From: Tubulanus polymorphus
Taxonomy: Eukaryota; Animalia; Nemertea
Reading direction: 5' to 3'
Length of the DNA stretch: 64,000 nucleotides
NCBI RefSeq assembly: GCF_964204645.1
Contig: NC_134028.1
Span: 17,677,653 to 17,741,652, forward strand
The position numbers and the translations under genes are program-made. Under the pieces are notes generated by a model. The model saw only the letters and a program-made list of their open reading frames with translations. It was not told the DNA's origin and did no database searches. Positions 27,015-40,800 of this stretch are shown here, piece after piece (position 1 is the stretch's first letter; each line of letters opens with the position of its first letter).

Positions 27015-29899
27015 CTATCAAAAATTGAAAAAGAAATATCCATTTTTCAATTGTTGCATCCTGATAAAATTATTGGCTAGGTATAACCATACCAGGACCT
27101 TGGGTTGAAATATGTATTTTTTCACAATATGTCCCCATTTGGCATCATAAATGGTAGATGTGGAAGCTTGCTTGGATCCAGCGATAAAAGTTGCCCTGCC
27201 ACCACAATACTGGCCCTTAGGCAGTGGCATTATATACAAAATACAATATTAAACAATATAATTTTTGATAACAAATGAAAAAATTCCGTAAATTACACGT
27301 TCTTCAGTAGAACGCAATGAAGAAAAGATGGCGGATATAATCTGTGGCGAAATGGAATACCACTATGGTCCACTCAAGACTAACTTAGCGAAGAAATCAG
27401 TGATATATTGTTGATACTTTTATCATCCAGTGCGGCAAACCGGCCACAAATTTCACTTTTGTATTTTACGACAGATATACCGTACTCATCGGTGCCATTT
27501 TTCTGATTATAATGAGAAGCACTATTAGTTCAGATGGTGTATCGGCGTTAAATCGGGATATTGTAACGCATTAGAGATACCGCTGTTCCGTATTTTGAAA
27601 AATGTTGGTGGTAAGCGAGGGGGGGCGGTATATCGAGATATGACTGTATTAGAAATTAGAAAAGAGGATTGTTACACTAGTGGCAGCGTTAATGGGATTG
27701 GAGTTGAATCGCTACCCTTTGACTTCTTGGAAGCGTGAGCGTGAGTAGTCTGTCTAACCTACTTCCATACGCCTGCGGTATCGCGGATACTCTTAAACCG
27801 TTCTTATATACGGTACTTGCTTTATAGTGGGACTAATTTCAGACACTAGCTACAGTTTAAGCACAGAGGTTGATAGGTTCTTAAATTACCTTTTGAAATT
27901 TTATTTTTATTCATTGTAATTAGTGTTCAGTATACAATATATTTACATTAAGTATTTCTCATTCTGACCCGGATGCGACCAACCGGGTACGGCCCAGGAA
28001 GGAGTCCATCCAACTGCTGGGTTGGATGACTTTTTAAGTTCAATTACCCTATGTCTCACGTAGCTAAAAAAGGGAATCCGAATCAGCATCAGGGACCAGG
28101 GAGGATGCCCGATTATAAGTCCTATGTCCCCAAATGTACAGTATGGGGCATAATTTTCCCGTCTGGGTTAGAACGTTTTGAGAGCTACTGCACATTATCC
28201 AGTGTATGTAGTAGTTTATGGGCGACAATCCCCACCAAAAAGATGATGTTTTGTTTCACATAGCGAAAAAGACAATTCCACGGCGCATAAACATTTTCGC
28301 GCTGTGAAGTCATGCACCAAAATATCAGTAGATGGTGCCAGGTACGTATAAATTATGTCTGGAAATAATTGTTTCAGCGTTATCTGTTTCAACTTTACAC
28401 CTAGCAGTTTGCACGATCTTCTTAAAATGAAGGATATTTGGGAAACCCAGAAATAATTCGTCTTTAACTGGGAGAGTGTTGTTTTCTATCGGCCACAGCA
28501 GATCTCCTCACAGCGCATGCGCGGCAGAAGTAAACAAAGGGCACACGTGTCTGCTGTGGTGGATAGAGAATAATAGGTTTAGGTGGTGTCGATTTTCTAT
28601 CCATCAGAGCAGGATCATTCAACTGCTGCGGTAGATAGAAAATAGGTTTCTTTTCGTTTTTCTATCTGTCAGAGCGCAATGGTTTAACTGTTGTGATGGA
28701 TAGAAATTAGGTTTCTTTTCGATTATCCAACCGTCCAGAACAGGATCTATAATGCAGGGCTTTCTTTTAACTTTGATCAGTTGGTTTTCGTTCGACAAAC
28801 ATATTCCAAATATTTCAAAAGTATTCTTTTGACAACCCCATTTCTTTCCTTTTGAATGATTTTCATGTTTTGGAAATTATTTCAGCGTTTCCCAGGAAGG
28901 CATCATTTACATGTACTTGGCCCCATCTACTGACGTTTCAGCGCATGACTTTGCGGCGCAGATATGTCTTTGCAGTGCGGAAACGTCTTCGGGGTGCAGA
29001 TTTGTCTTTATCGTGGCTTTATTATTCTGCGTTACTAAACAGAGTCTTTTTGTCAAGCTTCATGTCAAGCTGTTAAAAACCTTCGTCTCGCCCCATCCCT
29101 GAATTACAATAGTTTCATTGGGGAAAAAGGACCATATGTCACTGACACGGTCAGCTTCCGATTTCAAAATGATGTTAAAATCTCGGGAGCAGAAACTTCA
29201 GGAGAACATTGGGCATTATGCAGACGCTCTGACAGAACTCGCGTAGAGCGCCTACCCTGGGGTTGATTACAGCTTGCAGGCGAGTTACTAGGTACCCTCG
29301 AGTGATAGGGAGCAGTTGTACGTGGCTCAGCCACATTCCCTATTGGATGCTGTGTCATTGGCTCGTGCATTGGACTAAGAGACACGAGTCCAGACCCCAT
29401 TGTCGACATGTAAATGAGGTGAAGGCCAGTCAGACCGATGAGCTACTTTCAGAACACGTGGGCCTCATCAAGGTTCTGAATGTCCAGATGGATGGCTTGG
29501 AAGCCAGGGTAAACACTTAGGCTCAGTCTTACCCCCAGGGGAGGGAAAACACATGCTAACGGTGTCGAGAACCAGATCCTACAGCAGATACATGTTCGCA
29601 GGTTACGTGTCACACATATTCCGATAGAGGTCATTATACCAGGAACTTGCGTGGAAACAGGGAAAGGATTACAGTCGGTCCTCCAGGGGCAAGGAAATCG
29701 CTGCCAATAGAGACCCTCCATGAATTATGATGGAGAAATATCTGCCTCCACACCAAAGAATCCGGAAACATATACTCATAATTGTGTATATAAATGCCAT
29801 GTAAAATTATGATAATCATTTCACATTCTGGGATGCAATAAAGATTGTACATATGCTTGTTCCCCAGCCAGCCACTCAGCCTGCCGATATAACATTCAA

Positions 29900-31090
29900 C
29901 CGGTTATAATGGCCTCAGCCCAAACAAGATCCCCATGAAGAACTAAATGTAGATAATGTTGAGATTTCAGAGGGTTAGCAGGATGAGTTGAAGAGGGTCC
30001 TAGGGTGTATTTTCTCGGGGGGATTTTGATATTGGCAAGACACCCCTTGTTGAGTTTGAGACCGGCAGCATCAACGACGTCTGACGCCCCATGACAAGCA
30101 ATTTGTCTAGGGGTACACTGCGGAACTGCGGAACCATCCCAGATGCCTTCGGGGCTAGCCCTATTGTCTTAGCCAAGAAAAGTGATGGCAGTTTGCGCCT
30201 TTGCTGTGACTCTAGGCACTTTTAGGGATTGTCATGGTTCTCATCTCTGGATCTGACCAGTGGCTAGAAAACGCCAATTCACTCTCGCGGAATCTTAAGA
30301 GGGTCAAGCATCACAGGGATTGCCCAAGTTGCTGCATCACCAGAATCTTGTGCAAACAATTGGTAAATGGGGATGTCCTAACTCGGGGCGAGATTGGTAA
30401 TGCTCAGGATATGTATGATGACTTAAGAGTAGTCAAAGAATTAGTCTGAAAATGTTTGCAAAGCCAAATACTGATTCCCTGCGTCAGTATGGTTCGAACC
30501 CAAGGATTCTCTCAGGCGAATTTGAAAGCTTGGCTATGGTGGAAAACCTGCTTGTTTTAAAACCACTACCTGGTAGCAGATTAGCCAAAAACCGGGTAGT
30601 TCACCCAATTGTGTTATAACCTAAGGTCCTATCTTACCTCCATAATGGTTTATCTGGTAGGCACTTAGGGACAACTAAGACAGAATGTGAAATTCGCCAA
30701 CGGTTTTGGTATTTTGGACTGGCGAAGGCATTCAATAGCTTTGTCAAGCAGTTCAGTTAATGTCAGCAATGCAAACGCTCCTAAACGACCTAAAGTGCCA
30801 CTAGTACCAATGCGAACCGGTAGGAGAGGGTAAATGCTGCATATTGTCATTTTGTGGGCCGCAGTGTTGCGCGCTATTGATTGGTATATACGGCAGGGAC
30901 AATAACTCTTATTTACCGCTTGTCCTTGAAACTACCCAGGGAATGTGCGCCAATGCGTGGATGTTACCACATGTGAACCACAATTTTCAGTCGCTTGATC
31001 ACCATTAACAAGTCATATTTGGTGCTTATTTCCGCCTTCTGGGCCCCCCTCGGGTGATGCATAAGGCTGACGAGTTAAACTCACAGTTGA
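29900..31090 (+). mobile_element. Highly degenerate Gypsy/Ty3 pol remnant
   Basis: ASPIVLAKKSDGSLRLCCD (RT start, ~30154-30210) and VLSYLHNGLSGRHLGTTKT...CQQC (integrase zinc finger, ~30626-30775), with many stops and frameshifts. Confidence 0.7.
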
Positions 31091-32491
31091 TCCAAATTTA
31101 TTTATTTGAAATGTGTTTTGTTAACACACTCTGTTCTGGTTGTTGCTTTGTTATATCATGTAAGCTTATGTTGTTCTAAGCACCACTTTTGATCTATTTC
31201 TGTATATATATATATATATAAAATGTATAATGCCCCTTAACAGACAAATGGGGGGGTCAATCTATATTCCAAGAAATCAGACTTGTAGGTATTAATGTAT
31301 TATTTTGTACTATTTGGTAACAAGTTACACAAGTTACTACTTGTGCTAATAATCCAAATACTTCTATTCAGATGATTTTAATGTTTGTCGCCACCGCTAT
31401 GAGCGCTAGTGTTCGGTCACCTAGGCCAAAGGCGAAATGAGACGAAAATCGTCCGATATCGACAGTTTGAATAAAATTTAACGACATTAACGAACTATAA
31501 ATCATAAAGAGCCACCGGGCACTGAAGATTGAAGTATTTTATAATTTTTCAGTACATGAATGTACTGTTATATGCCTTTGTCTCCCAAAAAGATTACTTT
31601 CAATAAGATACATCAGCAATGCAATAACAATCGCTGCTACAGGCCCATAGATGGGAGCACTATACGGTCATTATTATCAGATATTTTTGGAAACTATCTA
31701 CCATCGTTATCTTGAAGATATAAAGGAGTTATCCATATAAGTAAGAACGATATATGATACCGATAAAACAAGAAAATTACAGAAGTATGACTGTAAAACT
31801 GTAGATGTTGAGATTCAATCACAAAGCTGCGGCAAGCGAGTATACGTGTTGCGTAGATTCTCATATGATGGATTAGACTTCTCCGATAAAATCGTCAAAA
31901 AGAGCTACAAAACCAATTCAAAATATAGTTTTGATCATCTCAAAAAGAATAAAAAACTTGGAATCTTCTACAATTTGGAGTTTGCAAGAGTAGGGGATCT
32001 CTTTTTAAATGTCAACCCAAAAGTCACCCACGTTTCAATGCATTTTGCATTTGAGGTAGGTGACCCAACACTTGCGCCGCTAACAGCGGTGGCTAACATT
32101 CAAATCATCTGAATAGAAGTATTGGACGCATTCCCTACTTTATCATTATGTACAAACCCTTTCAACTGCCGATGTTGCCAATAAGTTGAAGCTCTAACAA
32201 ATTGCAGCACAGTAGGTCGGTCATTTTTCATGAAATTGCAACTTCCAATGTTTTAGATATAGTCAAATGCTAACTCAGATAACTGTGGAACTGTGGATTC
32301 TGAGTTTCTTTCAGAATACAGTTACATACGCTAAAGTCACTACTACAGAAGCCATGTCGGTTGAGTTTTTATTTTAGAGTTTAAATGTCAAATTTGCAGT
32401 TAAATTAGGTGCACTTGGTAAGTTATCAACATAAGGATCCTCCCAGCTATGATGAATTAAGCGACGAGTTTTATGGTTTGACTGTACTAAC

Positions 32492-32617
32492 CTCAGGAGG
32501 CAATTCACCTCTACGTCTATAAATTCCCTTTTCACCTGCCAGTCCTTCTATCAATTTAGATTCATCTAACTCACCCTGCGTCTGGTGTCTTAACCACTGT
32601 CTTTCTTTTCCTTTCCT
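32492..32617 (-). CDS. VWA8: VWA8 exon (RKGKERQWLRHQTQGELDESKLIEGLAGEKGIYRRRGELPPE)
   Basis: Conserved ERQWL..Q..GELD peptide, 126 nt, AG/GT boundaries. Confidence 0.95.
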
Positions 32618-32702
32618 CTATCAAATAAAAAACATTTATTCTGAAGTTCAACATATTGCTAGTCACAATTTTCGGCATTAAGCTTTCTTAAATTTTTCTA
32701 AC

Positions 32703-32811
32703 CTGTAAATTGTCAATCATTACTCTTAATGATCTAATCTGTGTGTCAACATTAGACTTCAATTTCTCATATAACTGTGCATCATACTCTGACATCTTGA
32801 TATCTTTCAAC
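32703..32811 (-). CDS. VWA8: VWA8 exon (LKDIKMSEYDAQLYEKLKSNVDTQIRSLRVMIDNLQ)
   Basis: Phase 2 in matches the exon ending at 60595; conserved MSEYDA..Y motif. Confidence 0.93.
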
Positions 32812-33239
32812 CTGCAAAAAATCAAATGACCAAAACACTTACTGAACACAATCTGGCCCAATATGATGTGTCTATTTCACAGAAATTCTTTGACTGTCAG
32901 TTTTGTGACAACTAAAACTAGGTGTCCAGGGACACCATACCCATTAGAGAAATGGTTCAAAGTGCCCAACAAACTATGGATCCAGGGACACCATGCCCAC
33001 TTGGAAGTGGTTTCAGATGCTCAACAATCTAACAATTTCAATATTCAACGCCCCCATCCAATGCCCTTGAAAAAATTCAATGACCTTGAAACTCACCACA
33101 ATTGTAGAACATGTCAGCAGCTACGATTTTGAAATTGATTGTGCTAACAAAATATGCCAAGTTACCACTATAATATGGAAATACTAAGTTATTCTACTAT
33201 ACAACGCCCCCTGGTCATAATGGTGCGGGATCTTATAAT

Positions 33240-36200
33240 AGTTGAATAGTTAACTATTCTACTATTCTACTATTCTACTCCCCTATTCTACTATCCTTAC
33301 ATTTCTTTTAGAATAGTTAACTGTTCTTCTATTCTACTATTCTACTCCCCTATTCTACTATCCTTACGTTTCTTTTAGAATAGTTAACTATTCTACTATT
33401 CTACTATTCTACTCCCCTATTCTACTATCCTTACATTTCTTTTAGAATAGTTAACTATTCTACTATTCTACTATTCTACTCCCCTATTCTACTATCCTTA
33501 CATTTCTTTTAGAATAGTTAACTATTCTTCTATTCTACTATTCTACTCCCCTATTCTACTATCCTTTCGTTTGTTGTAGAATAGTTAACTATTCTACTAT
33601 TCTACTATTCTACTCCCCTATTCTACTATCCTTTCGTTTGTTGTAGAATAGTTAACTATTCTTCTATTCTACTATTCTACTCCCCTATTCTACTATCCTT
33701 GCATTTCTTTTAGAATAGTTAACTATTCTTCTATTCTACTATTCTACTCCCCTATTCTACTATCCTTACGTTTCTTTTAGAATAGTTAACTATTCTACTA
33801 TTCTACTATTCTACTCCCCTATTCTACTATCCTTTCGTTTCTTTAGAATAGTTAACTATTCTACTATTCTACTATTCTACTCCCCTATTCTACTATCCTT
33901 ACATTTCTTTTAGAATAGTTAACTATTCTACTATTCTACTATCCTTTCGTTTGTTGTAGAATAGTTAACTATTCTACTATTCTACTATTCTACTCACTAT
34001 TCTACTATCCTTTCGTTTGTTGTAGAATAGTTAACTATTCTACTATTCTACTATTCTACTCCCCTATTCTACTATCCTTACATTTCCTTTAGAATAGTTA
34101 ACTATTCTACTATTCTACTATTCTACTCCCCTATTCTACTATCCTTACATTTCCTTTAGAATAGTTAACTATTCTACTATTCTACTATTCTACTATTCTA
34201 CTCCCCTATTCTACTATCCTTTCGTTTGTTGTAGAATAGTTAACTATTCTACTATTCTACTATTCTACTCACTATTCTACTATCCTTTCGTTTGTTGTAG
34301 AATAGTTAACTATTCTACTATTCTACTATCCTTTCGTTTGTTGTAGAATAGTTAACTATTCTACTATTCTACTATTCTACTCCCCTATTCTACTATCCTT
34401 ACATTTCTTTTAGAATAGTTAACTATTCTACTATTCTACTATCCTTTCGTTTGTTTTAGAATAGTTAACTAACTATTCAACTATTCTACTATTCTACTCA
34501 CTATTCTACTATCCTTTCGTTTGTTGTAGAATAGTTAACTATTCTACTATTCTACTATTCTACTCCCCTATTCTACTATCCTTTCGTTTGTTGTAGAATA
34601 GTGATCCACAGCTAGATTTTCGTAGTATTTGAAAATGTTCGTAGTATTTAGAAATGTTCTTAATGTTGTTTCCGTATGCGTGGGGGTTACGTTAAAGCCG
34701 TCAGACAAGAACGTACTAGTAGTAAGAATTACGAAAGTTCTTGTTTGATGCTTTCATCTACCAACGCAAACCATAAATCAGTCTATAAACAACAATTCTT
34801 TCTCGGTTCTTCTGCTGTGAGATCTGGCAAACATTCAGAAAATCTTTATATAAAACTTTTAAATAGTTGGAACCATATTTGGTTGGGTCGGAACAATGGA
34901 GTGTATTTATAATGAGGGTCGTGAAGGGATCACGCTGATACTTGATGATATTCCCGGCTACTTTCCGTAAAAGGAAAAACCGGAAGTTTAGGAAGATGTG
35001 GTTGTTTTGCTTATCCTGTATTAAAATAGAATTAGTTAAATTGTAGATAAAATAATTAGTATAAGTATTTCAAATAATTTAAGAATTGATAATCAATCAC
35101 AATGTATTCCGAATCATAGTTAATTATAATAATTAAAAAAGAAACAATGAATTTGTACTGTAATTAGAAAAGAAAACAAAGTTTTGAAAAGATATTTAAT
35201 TTGAGTAATCTAGATGTTGTTTAAGAACAAATTGTTAATAACCGCTAATGTTTTAGAAAAATTAATTTGTGTTAAATGTTAAAACTAGCTGTCTGAAGTT
35301 TCTGTTGTCTGTATGCGCTCGTTGGTAATTCACAGACAATAGCTGCTCTCTCAACAATGACTAGCAAGGAGTGAGTAAATCACAACGCGTCATGACAGGA
35401 GGGTTGGAAGGAAAAAGTTAGTTTAGCAAATCAGTTTTGAAAATAATTTTAGATCAGCGAATCATTAAGGCCAAATTCTATATGACCAAAACAGTCATGA
35501 CAGTAAGGTTGCTGCTCCTTGCCAAAAGTCGAGTGGGAGAGTCGGTATTTTAAGAATGCCGATTCTTTCTATAAAAGGGACCCGCATCTTGAGAGAGCTG
35601 TCAATCGGGAGAATCTGTACCTTAGTAAGACGAGTGTCGACAGCAGGACAGGAGAAGCTTCGGAACGATAGGGATTCATATACAATAGGGATTAGGAAAA
35701 TCATTCTTTGTTCAAGGTAAATAAAATATATTATCTTCAATATTATCATCCGGTATTTCAATTTATTCATTCGGATTTGTGCACGGACACGTTCTCTCGC
35801 CAGGGCCTTACTCAAGTATTTTATAGATAACGATTAAAGAGAGGATTGTGACCGGTGTATCAATAGTTAACTATTCTGCTATTTTACTATTCTACTCACT
35901 ATTCTACTATCCTTTCGTTTCTTTTAGAATAGTTAACTATTCTACTATTCTACTATTCTACTCCCCTATTCTACTATCCTTACATTTCTTTTAGAATAGT
36001 TAACCATTCTACTATTCTACTATTCTACTCCCCTATTCTACTATCCTTACATTTCTTTTAGAATAGTTAACTATTCTACTATTCTACTATTCTACTCCCC
36101 TATTCTACTATCCTTACATTTCTTTTAGAATAGTTAACTATTCTACTATTCTACCATTCTACTCCCCTATTCTACTATCCTTTCGTTTGTTGTAGAATAG

Positions 36201-36292
36201 TTAACTATTCTACTATTCTACTATTCTACTCACTATTCTACTATCCTTTCGTTTGTTGTAGAATAGTTAACTATTCTACTATTCTACTATCC
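33240..36292 (+). repeat. Left subterminal array of ~67-bp units (palindrome AGAATAGTTAACTATTCT plus TATTCTAC iterations), split by a solo LTR
   Basis: GAATAGTTAAC recurs at 33311, 33378, 33445 and onward. About 20 units precede the insert and about 6 follow it. Confidence 0.95.
34602..35862 (+). mobile_element. Solo LTR (1261 bp)
   Basis: Termini TGATCCAC...GTGTATCA (7/8 inverted match), 4-bp TSD ATAG (34598-34601 and 35863-35866), TATAAAA at 35570 and AATAAA at ~35720. Confidence 0.85.
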
Positions 36293-37050
36293 TAAGGTCT
36301 AAGGTTAAAAACAGTAAGGCTTAGAGGGTTAAGTGTTCAGAGGTTTAGGGGGTTAGGGTTTAGGGGGTTAGGGTTTAGGGGGTTAGGGTTTAGTCGGTTA
36401 GGGTTTAAAATAGTTAGGATTTAGAGGGTTAGGATTTAGAGGGTTAGGATTAAGAGGGTTAGGGTTTAGAGGGTTAGGGTTCAGAGGGTTAGGGTTCAGA
36501 GGGTTAGGTTTAGAGGGTAAGGGTTTAGAGGGTTAGGATTCAGAGGGTTAGGATTCAGAGGGTTAGGGTTCAGAGGGTTAGGTTTAGAGGGTTAGGGTTT
36601 ATCGGGATAGGGTTCAGAGGGTTAGGATTTAGAGGGTTAGGATTTAGAGGGTTAGGGTTTAGAGGGTTAGGGTTTAAAATAGTTAGGTTTAGAGGGTTAG
36701 GGTTTAGCGGGATAGGGTTTAGAGGGTTAGGGTTTAAAATAGTTAGGGTTTAGGGTTTAGGGGTTAGGGTTTAGGGGGGTTAGGTTTAGAGGGCCAAGGT
36801 TCAAAATAGTTAGGGTTTAGAGGGTTAAGTGTTCAGAGGTTTAGGGTGGTTAGGGTTTAGTCGGTTAGGGTTTAAAATAGTTAGGATTTAGAGTTTTAAG
36901 TTTTTAGAGGGTTAGGTTTAGAGGGTTAGGATATAGACAGTTAGGATTTAGAGGGATAGGGTTTAGAATAGTTAGGATTTAGAGGGTTAGGGTTTAGAGG
37001 GTTAGGTTTTAGACGGTTAGGGTTTAGACGGTTCGTGGGTTATAGGGTTG
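36293..37050 (+). repeat. Telomere-like G-rich tract (TTAGGG variants, ~15-bp TTAGAGGGTTAGGGT period)
   Basis: Dozens of GGGTTAGG units visible directly. Confidence 0.95.
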
Positions 37051-37881
37051 ATGGTATATTGATCATTTATATAAAATGTATTCAAAATTTCCTTGTCAAT
37101 CTATTTTGATAACACTCATTTCCGTTAAAACTATCCGTATATTTTGTATATTGTCAGCTAAGAATCACTGGACTCTACTGCGTGGTCACGTTTATAAAAT
37201 AAATATCTGCATTTGTGAACATGTTTTCACTTCGAAAGTTACATTCAGACTAGTACTACGTTCAAAATAAATGGCTAATTGGATATATCCGATGGGCCAA
37301 GTAACGTCCATATGATGTAAAAATAAAAATACACGTAAATCATTTCGACTTCAAACCAATATTTCAATTACTTGATGTACACTTGCGATGAGGTGCATGT
37401 AGTTGAAATTGTGGCAATTTTTTGTAGTTGCGCTCTACAAAACCGGTAATGTGTGTCGTTCTAGCGGGATAGGGTTCAGAAATTATTCTAGACCGAATAG
37501 CTTGATAAATAAACAGTGCTGCACTTGCTGTTTCATTTGCACAATAAACTGTTTAACCAATGCTATTTTTACAGAAAAACATACCAACGGACTGACATAA
37601 TAGTGACGATTAAATCAAAATAACAACTTATGAATGACAAATTAACCACTGAAATGTTAAGGAAACATTTATCCGTTCTCAAAAATTTAGCCAGAATAAC
37701 GAATTGCACGTTGATTATTAAAGCGATATCGACTGTATTTCGTTGCTAAGTGTTCTCATGTTATTTAAATTTTTGTTGCTAAGTATTTTTCTCTAAAAAT
37801 CAAAATCGTTATATGTTCAGACGACATTCTACAGCTAACGACTATCACTGCAGTCACATATATTAACAGCCTCACATCACA

Positions 37882-40800
37882 ATGATTAACGTAGCAGCAA
37901 AAATTAAAGCAGCTCAAGCTGTAATCTTTCCACGAATATCCGATATTGTCTGCCAAACAGCAGAAGAATTGGTGAAATCTCATGCAGATGCAGTCGGTTG
38001 CCCAAATGAATTTTTTATGATTCCACTCCTTAGTATCACTGCAGGTAAATTCTATCTTTTTATTAATTCCTAGGCCTACAGACACAGTATAGTCTATCAC
38101 CTAACATAATCAATCATAAAAATTGGTATTGAAACTTATCAGTTAGGCCTATGATAATTACCCGCTGTTACATTATTAGAATAAAGCGTAGACATCGATC
38201 GCAAACCAAAACGCCATCTATCTGAATCAAGGCAATGAAATGTAAACCACCACGTTTGAACGCGTAACACACCTAAATCTTAAGTAGCGCCTGGTTGCTA
38301 TCAATTCCTGTCCAACGAGACGGATTCTTCCTTTACAATGAATTGAGGCCCACTTTACTCTAAATTCACATTCCTTTTTCGTTTCTACAATGGATTTTAG
38401 GTGGCTAACCTCCGACATATACACATGTTATTTAAAGTTTAATAAAATACGTTGAACATCTATTTCTACATCGGCCCCCACCATGATTTTTGTTAAAATA
38501 TGCGGAATACAATTACTTACCTCTTTATCTAATAAAGGTCTTGTAGGTGTAAATGGTATTATTAAAATACATCAGGAGTGGGAAGAGCCATTTATATTAT
38601 GGACTATCGTTTCTGCACGAAAAGGAGAGAGAAAATCTCCAGCACTTAAACGGTTGATAAAACCCCTTCAAGACATCCAAGATGAATTGATTAAAAGATG
38701 GACGTCGAAAGATGAAACCCCTAATAAGAAATGTGGAAATACAGATCAACCTCCACAATTGCTAATAGATTTGTTTAGCATGGAAGAACTGCATGGTGTT
38801 CTTAAAAGAAATAATGGTCAGGTATGTTTATGTTTTAATCATATTTTCAGTTAAGTGGAAATTTCTGGGCAAATTACGAATACATACGTGAATCAGGATA
38901 GTAATAAACCTTACTTCTCTTCACTTATATAAATTTATATGTGCTTGTTTTTTTATAACCGTTCTTTTTTAAATTCTAAAATAAAATTTTATAGGCCTGT
39001 ATCATGATAGTTAGTGCGAGAAACAATTGGTGATATAAAACAATTTCATAGTGACCTGCAGGGGATGCTGCAGGGCCGAGAAACTAATGAAAAATACCTC
39101 CGTAGGCCTGGTTAGCCTATTTATTTCATTATTTTCCGAAAATTATAGAATAGGTATTAATAGTCTCAGTTAGCGCCAAGAGGTTACTAGGCAACTATCT
39201 ACCTATGACACAGACGTCAATGTCTGTTGCATTCGAATTTCAAGATGGCTTATCGAGTGAACGTGGTTGATATTGTGAGACTTTTGAAAGCGCATATTTT
39301 ATTTCCGATAGAACAGCCACTGAGGTGGAAATATATCTCTAGATTTGTATCTTTGAGAGACTGCGCATGCGCTAACTATCGATCGCGATCGTCCTGAGCT
39401 CCGACAAAAACCAAATTTTCCGTATTACGATGGCCTCGAACTTCCAGGATCAGCATTGTATTATCGAAAAAGGGTCAATACCCATACGATCTCATAGGAA
39501 AAAGTCGCAACCGACAAGATTTAATGACTATATAACCTCCGATAAGCAATATACTCAGGTTTGTTTACAAGCCGTTGGCATGGAAACCGTCACTTCCGCC
39601 GGTGGAACGCCTACCGTTGGCAATGAATTAACGATGAACGATAGTAACATTAGCTTATCGTCGTATTAACAACCTGTCACTGATACGCAAGGTAACGATT
39701 ACATTTCAATCAATCTGAACACAGGCCTAAGAGACTCTATGGATCCATATTTACCTCAACATCCAGCGTCAATGCCATTTTCCGGCATATACCGCAATGA
39801 GAAGCAGCACTTGGTAGCAGACGATACATTAGCCATACCCATAGACAGCTTGATGCCGCATCGTATAGGGATGGCTCCGACAAATTCACCTGACACAGGT
39901 CCAGGATTACGCAATCCTCCTACCATAACAGATAATCTAAACAACGATGATTTGTCCACTTCATACTATTATGCCTATAGAGATCTCCCACCCGTTTCAT
40001 CACCAAACTCCCCTATCTCTCCAAACCCGTGTAATACTAATACATCTCAGTGTTATATCTGTACAGATACGATAGACCCTAATAAAGCAATGTTGTGTAA
40101 CCGGTGTGATAACCTTATTTGTTTAACTTGCTCTGAAACGACTATTAATGACCGTAAATATGCTATGGACAAAGGTTTCCTCTGGTTCTGCCCAAAATGT
40201 CACAAACCAGCTCTAAATGTCACCAAATCCGATTTCAAAGTTGAAAAGCAATGCGAAACGTATTTATTGTCTATGAAAAAACGATTGGAGACCATTGAAT
40301 GCAATTTAAAGGCTCATAACGAGAGATTCGAAAACTTAGAGGGTGCCATAGCTAAAAGAACCACCGTAGATGATGTCCAAAAAAAAATCCAATCCACGCT
40401 CGAATTAAATCCAAGCCAGTACATACTTCCTGAAAAAGAAGTTGTTGCATCTCTAGTTGATCAAAAACTTGAAGACCACAAAAAAGAGATCAGATCTCTA
40501 ATTTGGGATCAAGAAGAAAGGCGCAACCGTGAATTAAATTTAATTATTCACAACCTGCCCGAATCTACTCACGAAAACCGTATAAATAATCTCATGGATG
40601 ACCTGAACAATCTAAAATATATCATTGTGAAGTTTCTGAGCATACCCATACCTGAAGGATCCATCAAAGACGCTTTTAGGCTAGGTAAGATGCAGATCGG
40701 AAAACCGCGTCCCCTTAAAGTAGTTTTTAGTGGTAAAAAACTTAGGCGGGAGATCCTCATCCACTCGATTAAATTTAGGGATATAGTTCCCGACCCCACA

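Noticed and set aside
7147-27648. Inverted TACAGTCA...TATACCGCC ends at ~7147 and ~27648 as one giant element
   Set aside because: They span three VWA8 exons and are diverged, so they are more likely fragments of separate Tc1/mariner-type MITEs.
31400-32330. Possible coding relic around ORF 31846-32112
   Set aside because: No recognisable motif or termini, so I cannot assign it.
33207-33215. 9-bp TSD (CCCCCTGGT) for the KDZ element
   Set aside because: It is possible from sequence alone, but the 8-bp reading puts both TIRs in the same register and fits Zisupton-type TSD length.
34597-35867. 6-bp TSD (AATAGT) DNA-transposon reading of the insert
   Set aside because: TG...CA ends with a 4-bp TSD plus TATA and AATAAA fit a solo LTR better.
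33240-36292. CRISPR-like array of palindromic repeats
   Set aside because: The spacers are near-identical rather than unique, there are no cas genes, and the context is a eukaryotic transposon end.
36293-37050. True telomere or chromosome-fusion scar
   Set aside because: The tract is variant-rich, not head-to-head, and internal to a TSD-bounded element in an intron of an intact gene.
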